Assembly (NCBI RefSeq): GCF_006345805.1
Contig: NC_042999.1
Span: 168,144,001-168,208,000 of the forward strand
DNA length: 64,000 nucleotides
From: Octopus sinensis
Taxonomy: Eukaryota
Direction: 5' to 3'
Shown here: positions 50,993 through 61,915 of the stretch, one piece after another
How the letters are laid out: every line of letters starts with the position of its first letter
How positions within the stretch are numbered: position 1 is the first letter of the stretch
The notes under the pieces: model-generated
Seen by the model: the letters and a program-made list of their open reading frames with translations, nothing else
Database searches by the model: none
Told to the model about the DNA's origin: nothing
Translations under genes and position numbers: made by a program

Positions 50993-51784
50993 GGCACATG
51001 TCAACACAATTTCTAGTTAACTAAACACTTTTAAACTTCGTATACTGGTAGAATGTGTTTATAAGCCATCATTTTTTCTTGGCTTTATTGAGAAAATTCT
51101 ATATGTTGTAACATATTTCCACTTTAATTTCAAGCATTTCGGCAATTTTAACCAATTGCTGACCTCCATTTAGGTAAACAACATTCTGTGCTGTATGAAT
51201 ATGTCCCTTGTTTAAGAAACAGATTGGGTTTATTTACATTTGCGAAGAAAAAAAGATACCCTTCCCCCACCCCTAACCCTAACCCTAACCCTAACTCACC
51301 TTAACTCTAACCATAAATCTAAAATAGATTGAAATGCAATAGATCGATACTAGGGTTATAATTATGGGTGACAATTTCATACGACACCGCTACGGAAAAT
51401 GGAATTTTTTTCTAGCGGTGTCAAATGAAAATGTCGCCCATAATTATAACCCTAGTATCGATATATTGCATTTCAATCTATTTTAGATTTAGGGTTAGGG
51501 TTAGGGGTGGGGGAAGGGTATCTTTTTTTCTTCGCAAATGTAAATAAACCCAATCTGTTTCTTAAACGAGGGACATATTCATACAGCACAGAATGTTGTT
51601 TACCTAAATGGAGGTCAGCGATTGGTTAAAATTGCCGAAATGCTTGAAATTAAAGTGGAAATATGTTACAACATATAGAATTTTCTCAATAAAGCCAAGA
51701 AAAAATGATGGCTTATAAACACATTCTACCAGTATACGAAGTTTAAAAGTGTTTAGTTAACTAGAAATTGTGTTGACATGTGCC
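50993..51784. mobile_element. 792-bp foldback element with internal telomere-type repeats
   Basis: GGCACATGTCAAC...GTTGACATGTGCC; the arms pair to within ~20 nt of the centre. (CCCTAA)4 at 51271-51294 and (TTAGGG)3 at 51489-51506. Confidence 0.9.
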
Positions 51785-52375
51785 ATCAAAAGGAAAAGAT
51801 CCGAAATCTGCTAGCGACCGCATACAGAGATAAGAGGCAGATAAATTTTCTATCTACCAGTGCACAACCATGTGTAGATGAAAATGGCACCCCGTTTATG
51901 AACCTTGATTATAACAGGTACATGGGCAGTGTGGACCGGCTGAACCAGATGATGAGTTATTATCCGGTTGGTAGACCAGGTAATAAATGGTGGCGATACC
52001 TGGTTTGGTATATAGTAAACATGACCATTGTAAATGCATTTATATTATATACCAAATCAGGAGGGGTTCGCAAGCGGTGCGACCATCTGCAGTTCCGGGC
52101 AGATGTAGCAACGCAGTTGAGGGCAGGATATTCCTCAAAAATAATAACTGCACGATGGAAAAGCAAAGCCTGCCAGAGAGAAATTCCTCTGAGTTCAGCC
52201 AATGCCCATAAATTAGAAAAAATTGGTTGTCACAAAAAGCAGTGAATGTTTGCATCAATAAAGAAAAACTTCCAGTGGACGGCCAGTTGAAACTTCTTTC
52301 CAATGTTCATTCTGCAAGGTTGCAGTATGTAGAATAGGATGTTTTACAGCTTTCCATGATAGAAATATTGTGTGA
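51785..52375 (+). pseudogene. piggyBac-family transposase C-terminal remnant
   Basis: YRDKRQINFLST, DYNRYMGSVDRLNQM, KWWRYLVWYIVNMTIVNAFILY, HLQFRADVATQL; the Cys-rich tail ETSFQCSFCKVAVCRIGCFTAFH follows a stop/frameshift. Confidence 0.9.
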
Positions 52376-52439
52376 ATATTGTATATATGTATGATTAGAG
52401 TGTATAAATATTTTTCAAATTTACTTCGTTTTTACTTTT

Positions 52440-52510
52440 TATTTTAATTTACCTGTAATTTTAATTTACCTGTAATTTTAATTTACCTGTAATTTTAATT
52501 TGCCTGTAAG
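52440..52510 (+). repeat. 17-bp tandem repeat (TTTTAATTTACCTGTAA) x~4
   Basis: Direct tandem units. Confidence 0.85.
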
Positions 52511-52984
52511 GTGAGTGACAAGTTTTGATTTAATTTCTATTGTAAATCTTTATTATATATGTTCCTGTGTATTCATGTATGTGAGTATATTTTATTTCAT
52601 TCAGTTGTATTTAATTTTCTAGTTTTCTTAAAAAACAAATTCCAGTATTTCAGTTTATTTTACCTTTATGGTACACCTGTTCTCTGTGCATTAAATTCAA
52701 CTGATGATCTAGTGATGTGCACAATTCTTCTATATCAAAATTTTGTTGCATACCTCAAGCTGAGGACTAATTTTCTATGGTAATGTTTAAACAAAATTTT
52801 AATATTTTTACCTTTTGCTCAGTTTTCCTGGATTTACCTGTAATTAGTCACTTTGAGACAAAAATTATGCAATGGAATTGATTAAGAACCCTTTCTTCAA
52901 TTATGATCCAAATATCACAGTTATATGTTGATAAGTAAAAAAGTTAGAGTTGTCTAATGAAACTAGTCTAAATTCATGATTATT

Positions 52985-53045
52985 TTAGAATTTAATTGAA
53001 ACTCATGAGGGGTGTATTTTGGTCAGAAATATAGTAATGAAAGGG
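52985..53045 (-). mobile_element. piggyBac-type TIR, same family as the 16619 MITE end
   Basis: Minus strand reads TTAA|CCCTTTCATTACTATATTTCTGACCAAAATACACCCCTCA. Confidence 0.8.
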
Positions 53046-53562
53046 TTAAGTGGCAGAGCCATAAATCAAGATCCCTTTGAAGTAGAAACCATTTGGGTCC
53101 AGCAGAATATATTTCAGCCAAAATTAGCAGGCTAAAGCTGCTGGGGTAGGGTGGGTAAAAACTTATAATACTTAACTATTTCACAGCCATAATCCCAATG
53201 GAAATTTGAAATAAACGGGTACATTTTCGCGAGTTTTAAAAAAGAATCAGAATAATTTTAGTATTTTACACAATATAGGAATGGAGAATATAGAAATAAT
53301 TTCATATTTATATAAGTTTCTATACCAATTTAATATAAATTTATAGTTAATTAGTAAATAGTAATTTATTGGTATTAATGAGTTAAATTAAAGGAATATG
53401 TTAAAAATTTCATATATTTTCTACATGCTAATAACTTTAGAATATAATTCTTGTATTATAAAATAGATACTGAATTATATCAGTATGGTTCTGTATAGGT
53501 TGAGTGTGAACTCAATAGAAATGTATTATCAGTAAAAGATATAAGTAAGATAAAATGGTTTA

Positions 53563-53609
<47 letters not shown>

Positions 53610-53762
53610 GTAGATTCCACAGTGATCCGTAGGTAGGAGAGGTGCACTGGATTGTCCAAAAGAGAATCCGTAATGGGTAGATAGGTAGGAAGTCCAGTGG
53701 AGAAGTTCATGTGTGATAAGAAATACCAGGACCAACTCGTGCGACCACGTGAGAGTCTGATA

Positions 53763-54075
53763 TATGGAGAGAGTTCACGAAAAAAAAACAAAGGACGAAG
53801 ACAGGTGGTGTATAAAACAAACAGATGTATTAGTATAATGCTCAGGAAACTGAAAAAGTCTTTTACGTTTCGAGCCTACGCTCTTCTACAGAAAGGGACA
53901 CAGAAAATCAAGGAGAGAAACAAGGAGCGAAAAAAATGTGTGTAGTGGCTACCGATCTATCATGGCTCGAAACGTAAGAGACTTTTTCAATTTCCTGAGC
54001 GTTATACTAATACATCTGTTTGTTTTATACACCACCTGTCTTCGTCTTTTGTTTTTTTTCGTGAACTCTCCCTAT
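53763..54075. mobile_element. Palindromic unit with ~110-bp arms and a hammerhead-like motif
   Basis: gagagttcacgaaaa...gacaggtggtgtataaaacaaacagatgtattagtata is mirrored at 53960-54072. Confidence 0.8.
53859..53895 (-). ncRNA. Minimal hammerhead-like motif with a non-canonical core position
   Basis: CTTT-CTGTAGA-A-GAGC[GTAG]GCTC-GAAAC-GTA-AAAG. The core has T at the A6 position of CUGANGA. Confidence 0.55.
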
Positions 54076-54076
54076 G

Positions 54077-54109
<33 letters not shown>

Positions 54110-54112
<3 letters not shown>

Positions 54113-55535
54113 CATCATCGTCATCGTCCGTTTTCCATGCTGGCAAAGGTTGGACGTTTTGACCGGGGTCTGGGAAGCCAGGAGACTGCACCAGGCTCCA
54201 GTCTGATCTGGATACCCTTCCTAATGCCAACCACTCTGTGAGTGTAGTGGGTGCTTTTTACGTGCAACCGGCACAGATGCCAAGGGAGGCTGGCAGCGGC
54301 CACAATCGGTTAGGTGCTTTTTACATGCCACCGGCACAGAAGCCAGTCAAGGCGGCACTGGCATCGACCACATTCGGATGGTGCTTTTTACGTGCCGCCG
54401 GAACAGGTGTCATAACTACAATTTCCATTTGATATTTATTTTGATGTTGATGTACTTGACTCAATAGGTCTCCTCAAACACAGCAGGTCACCCTATGATC
54501 CAAGGTAAGCACAGCAGGTCGTTCTGCAGTCCAAGGTACTTTGGATGGGCTGGGGCTATGCAAAACTAGTGCAAGAAGCAGCCATGAACTCACATTATTT
54601 GTCAGATCTTTGCAGTCACAGCATATCTCCAGAGGTCTCGGTCTTTCGTCATTGCCGCTGTGAGGCCCAACGTTCGATGGTCATGCTTGACTACCTCATC
54701 TCATGTCTTCCTGGGTCTACCTCTCCCCCGGATACCTTCAACTGTATGGGAGTGGCACTTCTTCACACATATCTCCTCATTCATTCGCAGTACATGACCA
54801 TACCAGCGCAAACGTTTCTCTTGCACACCACATCTGATGCTTCTTATGTCCAGCATTTCTCTCAGGGCACTTATACTCTGTCGTGTGTGCACACTGACAT
54901 TACACATCCAGCGGATCATGTTAGCTTCATTTCTTTCAAGTCTACGCATGTCGGCTGTAGTCACAGCCCATGTTTCACTACCATGAAGCATGGCAGTTCG
55001 CACACATGTATCATACAATCTACCTTTCACTCTGAGCGAGAGACCCTTTGTCACCAGTAGGGGTAGGAGCTTTCTAAACTTTGCCCAGGCCATTCGTATT
55101 CTAGTGGTGACCACTCTCTGAGCATCCACCTCCACTACTAACTTGGTCACCTAGGGGAGGAAACTATCAACTACTTCGTTTCTCTCTGGAGTTTGATGGA
55201 ATCTGTTTTCTGAGTATCTGTGGTGTCTATTGTCCCTGTGCATCTGCCGCACATGAAATCTATCTTCTCGGTTAATTTTCCTTTGATATTGCTGCACCTC
55301 TTATGCATCCATAGCTTACACTGGGTGCATCTTATGGAGTTTCTACTTACACCTTTTCTAAAGATGGAGCAGGGTGTATGTGATAAGTTCGCCTTTCTGC
55401 TTACTATAACTTTGGTCTATGCTACATTTACTATGATTTGATTCTAAACCTAGCTTCCACACCCAAAATTTCTTTTCTAGTTCCGGTAGTGATTCTCCTA
55501 TGAGGGCCAGGTCATCACCATAGAGGAGCTCCCAG
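54110..55535 (-). mobile_element. RTE-like LINE (3'UTR + ORF C-terminus), running into the gap
   Basis: RIRMAWAKFRKLLPLL...LHGSETWAVT...LRWYGHVLRM...GRGRPRKT. Confidence 0.92.
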
Positions 55536-55635
55536 NNNNNNNNNNNNNNNNNNNNNNNNNNNNNNNNNNNNNNNNNNNNNNNNNNNNNNNNNNNNNNNNN
55601 NNNNNNNNNNNNNNNNNNNNNNNNNNNNNNNNNNN
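55536..55635. other. Assembly gap (100 N)
   Basis: Run of n. Confidence 1.
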
Positions 55636-56478
55636 AAAATTATTATATATACATATTTATATATAGATACACACACACATATAAATTAACCCAATAAATA
55701 TCTGATTCATAATATTTGTTGTCATGATTGAGTGGCAGTGGTGACGATGATAATTCTCTCTATGAATGCAGACAGACGTAGAGAGTGAGAGTGTGTGAAA
55801 GCGCTGTGGAAGGCAGGGAGGGGGGATAACGGACGCTGTGAAACGTCGTTATAAAGAGAAAGTGAATGTAAGGTAGGTAGACGCTGTGAAACGACGTTAT
55901 AGATAGAATGTGAAAGGAAGGGAGAAAAGTGAGTGAGTGATGGAGGAAGACAGATACATAAAAGAATGAGAGTGTTGGATGTTTTGTTTGTTGGACCATT
56001 AAGGTAGTATTGTTTTATTGTTTTAAAACGAAAGAGGCAATGTGTTTTTTTCAAAATTAAAAACATCTGTAATAGTGAATGAAATTAGAATTCACACCCA
56101 GCTCAGTTTTGTAGAAAGAGTATCACGATGTGAACTCATGAGTTGGGAGTTTGACTGAGAGAGTTTATATGGTGACACATGCCAGTCCTTTCGACACCAC
56201 CTAAACAATGGAATAGTGTATAAAATGTAATAACAACTCATTCACTTTATGAATGTCTTATGTTAGCGAAGAAACAATAACTTGACAAAAACCGTTTAAT
56301 GGAGACGTAGAGGAATCGGAAAATGAGGAATAAAGAGAATGAGTTGGATCAAATGTTTGCAAACATCTGAACCCAACGTTCTTTATGAACCATGTTCTTT
56401 TTAATGTCTTTATTTTCAAGAATGAAGAGTAATGAAGAGGTGCAAATAAAAAATCAAGCAAAATTTCATGACTTACAA

Positions 56479-59400
56479 TCAGTTTTTTTTTGTCAGAGCC
56501 TCCTGATAAACCACATTCCTTGTGCGCTCATGATTGCCAAGAATGAAGAGTTTATGTGGATTTCCAACACGAGAACAGGCTACGTACAATTGACCATGAC
56601 TGAAAACCGGTTGTGACAGGTTAATGCCTACAATGTCCAGTGATTGTCCTGTGACCTGTTGATTGTCATCGCGAAGCATAGTTTTAATCGGAAATTGAAA
56701 GCGTTTAAACTGAATGGGAACATCAGAGGGTGAAATACTCATTTTATGTATCATTTTGATTGTTCCTACAAATGGTCCACTCAAAATTTCAGCAGTTATA
56801 ACATAGCTTTGAATCCTCCTAATAACCATTCGGGTTCCATTGCATATTTCAGGCATTTCCATATTTCTGAGCACCATGATTGGAGCACCAACTTTCAAAC
56901 ACAAATGATGAGGTGGAAGTCCCGGAGGTGTTAGCTTGTTGAGTAGCTCGGGTGGATATTTGACTGCATCATTCTCATCTTTATTTGTATCGATGGACAT
57001 GAAAGAAACTATCTCACCAGGATTCATATCAAGTACTTGTTTATTTGTAGCCTCAGCGGTTGTATTATGAGGCGATAGAATAGCTCTTGCTCTTAGCCAA
57101 TCGAGATCCTGGAAGTTGTTTTCGACGTCAGGTAAAACGGCTCTTATAAGTTCTTCTTCTACATTTGGAACGAAATTCCCAAAAGGCAACCGATATGCTC
57201 ATCATCAACGAAAGGCAAAACTCCATCACCAAGATCTAATAGGTGTTTTGCGAAAGCCTCAGACTCCACATCACCATGTAGGTGGACCTCTCATGTTTGT
57301 TTGAAGATGGCGACTGATAACACTGTGCCACACATAAGAATGCTTTATACATGCATTAACCTCATCGGCTCTAGTGCCTGCTCGGACAACAGGAAGAGTT
57401 TGTGAAAATCTCCTGCCATGAGAAACGTAGCTCCACCCATTATTTTTGTATTGTGACGCAAATCTTGGGGAGTTCTGTCAAGAGCCTCAAACATGGCCTT
57501 ATTACTATTGTAGCCTCATCCCAAATAAAAGACTGCATTCACGAAGAAGTCTTGCTCTTGAGGAACTACGATCTATATTACATATAGGATTATCTTTCTT
57601 TCCAATGTCCATGGGCAATTTGAATGCACTATGTGCCGTACGGCCGCCTTGAAGCAGTGTCGCTGCAATACCACTTGAGGCACATGCAATGGCAATTCGA
57701 CATTCAGCGCGCAGCTTTGCGAGAATCAAATTGATAACGAAAGTTTTACCAGTACCACCTGGAGCATTCAAAAAGAAAAGCTTTCCTTGGTTCAATCTAA
57801 CGCTGTCAATGATTTCATTATAAATCTCTCTTTGTTCAGGCAAAAGTCTTGGTTCATCTCGCGTACTTGTTTCCATCAATTCGGCAATGTTGTAGTTTTT
57901 TTCTGACATGTATTCAACATCCAAAGGTGCTTCATGATGGACAGGTGTTGGCAGATGGAATTCACTTAAACCGCGTATAACATAGCGTCTGATGTGTCTG
58001 TCCATGTCGATTAATGCCTCATTATTAAACATCGTCGTTGCCATCACGTAGCGCTAAATTAGCCTGTATGTCCTTTGATAGGCTCTGTCTGAACGATTCC
58101 CAAAGGTTAAAAGGGTTGCTGGGATTACAGTGGATTAATATGCTACAAAACAATCGATGCATTTGCCATGGCAGTTTACAATTTGACGCCTCTGCTAATG
58201 TCCTGTGTAAGTGGTCGTCATTGAGAAGAAGTCCGCACCTCAAACATGCTTCCCTGTAAGTGGCGCAGATGATACCATCATCAGTGCGAAGATCAGCAGA
58301 AGACTTCGGTCCAGTAACTACATGAAGTAGCATTCTCAAAGAGATTTCCTGTTTGGTAGGATGAATATTATACACACGCCCAATGACGTTCTTCCTAGAA
58401 ACACCTGGCCAATTGTCAAGTTCTGTTCCATGTGACCTGCGCTTCCAATTATTATTGTCGAATGTGTAATATTCCGGTACTTCAGGGTAAATGAGAGTAG
58501 CAGCAAACTCATCAACTGAACACAATTTAAAAAATGCTGTAAGCGTAGTCCCTTTTGGATTTTCAATGACTTGACGTGCATTTTTCTCTGTGAAGTAAAC
58601 CAGCTGTCTCTTCTGTAAATGAACATTCAGGTGGAAAACTGATGGTGAGCTGAGATGAATCTCGTATCCAAAAATGCGCCACGCTGCATAATCGGAGGAT
58701 ACATACCTACCGAAAACGAATTGTTTAATTTCGTCATGTCTAAGGTCTTCATCACTGAACACAAACACGGCCATATCATCGCCACCCAAACCTGGGTCAC
58801 ATATATGAAAGAGAGGACGGGAAAATGAAATATTTTGCAATGTAAACATGATTTGTTTTAAGAGAAAGATTGTCATGATTGTGTGTTGGTGGTGGCGATA
58901 ATAATTATCATTAGGAAAAACATAAGTTGTGGCGATGATAATTCTAGACCCCTTTTCACATTTTGATGAAGAGAACCCGATTTCATTCGGGTCTACTGGG
59001 GCCACATATAGGGGGGGGGGTGCACACTGTAGAAATTAAATTAGAGATCAAACCACTAATAGGGAAATGAAACAGTAAAAAAACAAAAGCATAAAAATAT
59101 AATATTAGATATATGTATATATGTGTGTGTGTGTTGACAGGTAGACAATAGAATGCGATGGCGATGTAATATTTGTTACTGTCCATGAACGCTGATAGAT
59201 ACATGAGTAAAATGTATAGGAAGGTAAAAGATAGAGTGAGTGAAAATGTTCTTGGAAGAGAGTAAATAGCGAGAGAGTGATTTGAGGAAGACTTTACATT
59301 AAATAACGGTAGTTGCATTGTCAATGAAGAGGAGTGAGAGAGTACTGGAGGAAATAGGGTGAGTGAGGAAGATGGCCCCTAGCAACCACACCTCTTAAGA

Positions 59401-59542
59401 TAGGGATTTCTAAGGTAGCCCACGCGCATCGTCACCTCATTCTACATGTCCCTATAAATTTTGGAGCGAATCGGACGGGATGTAGTGGCATTGAAAGCGA
59501 TCCAAGCGGTAAAAACGCATTTCAGTTTTATATATAGAGAAG

Positions 59543-59543
<1 letters not shown>
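56479..59543 (-). mobile_element. Second Helitron, internally deleted and frameshifted; 3' end not seen
   Basis: 5' end A|TCTTCTCTATATATAAAACTGAAATGCG near 59543. Motifs FVFGRYVSSDYAAWRIFG, GRVYNIHP, FFLNAPGGTGKTF, SSGIAATLLQGGRTAHSAFKLP, GAPIMVLRN, QFP and FSHGQLYVACSRV. Confidence 0.9.
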
Positions 59544-59574
<31 letters not shown>

Positions 59575-59601
59575 GTATATATATATGTGTATATATATAT
59601 G

Positions 59602-59654
<53 letters not shown>

Positions 59655-59790
59655 ATATATGTATAATATGTATATATATGTATATGTATATATTATATGT
59701 ATATATGTTATATGTATATATATATAGTATATATATATATGTATATATATATATGTATATATATATATGTATATATATATATATGTATAT
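59544..59790. repeat. Compound (TA)/(TATG) microsatellite
   Basis: About 245 nt of TA-rich low-complexity sequence. Confidence 0.95.
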
Positions 59791-60772
59791 CATCATCATC
59801 ATCATCATTGTTTAACGTCCGTTCTCCATGCTACCATGGGTTGGACGGTTCGACCGGGGATCTGGGAAGCCAGAAGGCTGCACCAGGCTCCAGTCTGATC
59901 TGGCAGTGTTTCTACAGTTGGATGCACTTCCTAACGCCAACCACTCCATAAGTGTAGTGGGTGCTTTTTACGTGCCACCTGCACAGGTGCCAGGCAAGGC
60001 TAGCAATGGCCACGATCAGATTGGTACATTTTACGTGCCACTGGCACGGAAGCCAGTCGAGGCAGCACTAGCATCGGCCACGATTCGGATGGTGCTTTTT
60101 ACTTGCCACCGGCACGGAAGCCAGTCTAGGCGGTGCTGGCATCGGCCATGTTTGGATGGTGCTGTTTACGTGCCACCGGCTCAGGGATCACAACTGCAGT
60201 TTCCATTGATTTTGATGTTAGTGTACTTGACTCAATGGATCTCCTCAAGCACAGGGTCGAAATGGTGTTTCTTCACTTGCCACCTGCACAGGAGTCAGTC
60301 CAGGGGTCCTGGCATCCGCCGGGTGCCAGTCATAGGATTGGTTCAATTTCGATTCCGATTTCGATTTCGATTTTGATTTCACTTGCCCCAACAGGTCTTC
60401 ACAAGCAGAGTTTAGTGTCCAATGAAGGGGCCTGTCGTTGGATGAGGTTCGATTTTGACTTCACTTGCCTCAACAGGTCTTTGTGTGTCCAAAGGAGGAA
60501 AGACATGCATAAGTGGGCTGGACTCACTTGTCCTGCCGGGTCTTCTCACGCACAGCATATTTCTAAAGGTCTCGGTCGCTGGTCATTGCCTCGGTGAGGC
60601 CTAAAGTTTGAAGTTCGTGCTTCACCACCTCGTCCCAGGTTTTCCTGGGTCTACCTCTTCACAGGTTCCCTCAACAAATAGAGTGTGGCACTTTTTCACA
60701 CAACTATCTTCATCCATTCTCATCACATGACCATACCAGTGCAAACATCTCTCTTGCACACCACATATAGCA
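59789..60772 (-). mobile_element. RTE-like LINE 3' segment
   Basis: (CAT)n tail, 3'UTR, and CGVQERCLHWYGHVMRM. Confidence 0.9.
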
Positions 60773-60774
60773 GA

Positions 60775-61885
60775 AAAGAAGAAGTTTGCCAATGTCCTGC
60801 GATGTGAGGACCAAAGAACGGAGGTATTTCGGATTGCTAGACAGTGTGTGAGAGAAAATAGTGATGTTACAGGAGAGAAATGTGTCCGCATGGATGATGG
60901 GGCACTTGCTTTTAATGTTGGTGAAAAGAAAGAGGCTTGGAGAAGCCATTATGAAAGACTGCTGAATGTGGAGAATGAATGGGAGGAGGAGAGCCTGCCA
61001 AATGTTGACCCAGTAGAGGGACCAGCTATCCAAATAGACAGTTCCCTTGTAGTTAAGTCAATTAAGGGTATGAAACCAGGTAAAACCCCCGGCCCATCAG
61101 GTATCACTGCTGAGATGCTTAAAACAGCTGGTTATGTGGGCTATGGCCTAGTCACCCGTATTGTAAACCAGGTAGTCATATCCAATGACTGGCATAACAG
61201 CACCATAGTCAACTTCTACAAGGGTAAGGGTGATGCTCTAAATAGAAATAACTACAGAGGTATTAAACTGTTGGATCAGGTGATGAAGGTCACAGAGAGG
61301 GTCATAATCCATCTCATTAGGGAGAGAATTTGCTTAGATGAGATGCAGTTTGGTTTTGTGCCGGGTAGAAGCACCACTGATGCTATATTCCTGGTCCGAC
61401 AACTGCAGGAGAAATACCTAGCTAAAGATAAACCCCTCTACATAGCTTTTGTGGACTTGGAGAAAGCCTTTGACAGTGTCCCCGATCCCTTATCTGGTGG
61501 TTGATGCGGAAACTGGAGATTGACGAATGGCTAATAAGGGCTGTACAGGCCCTATACAGAGAGGCTGTCAGCAAGGTTAGGATTGGCAACGAATATAGTG
61601 AAGAATTCCGGGTAGAAGTAGGTGTACACCAAGGTTCAGCCTTTAGTCCCCTTCTATTCATCATAGTCCTCCAGGCAATAACAGAGGAATTCAAAACAGG
61701 TTGCCCTTGGTTAGCTCCTCTATGCTGATGACCTGGCTTTCATAGCAGAATCACTACCAGAACTAGAAAAGAAATTTCGGGTGTGGAAGCAAGGGTTAGA
61801 ATCAAAGGGCCTTAGAGTAAATGTAGCGAAGACCAAAGTTATAGTAAGCAGAAAGGCGAACTCATCACACACCCCATCGGGCAGG
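60775..61885 (+). mobile_element. Inverted RTE-like LINE RT segment
   Basis: KPGKTPGPSGITAEML...NNYRGIKLL...DEMQFGFVPGRSTTDAIF...AFVDLEKAFD...GVHQGSAFSPLLF; ends at PSGR. Confidence 0.92.
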
Positions 61886-61915
61886 TGCATTATACAGTCT
61901 GCCTTTTACTCTGAG

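Noticed and set aside
51271-51506. Telomere-telomere fusion scar
   Set aside because: A fusion gives (TTAGGG)n-(CCCTAA)n. Here the order is reversed, the arrays are short, and they sit within foldback arms.
59452-59951. Tyr/Ile/Met-rich ORFs
   Set aside because: Translations of the (TA)n microsatellite.
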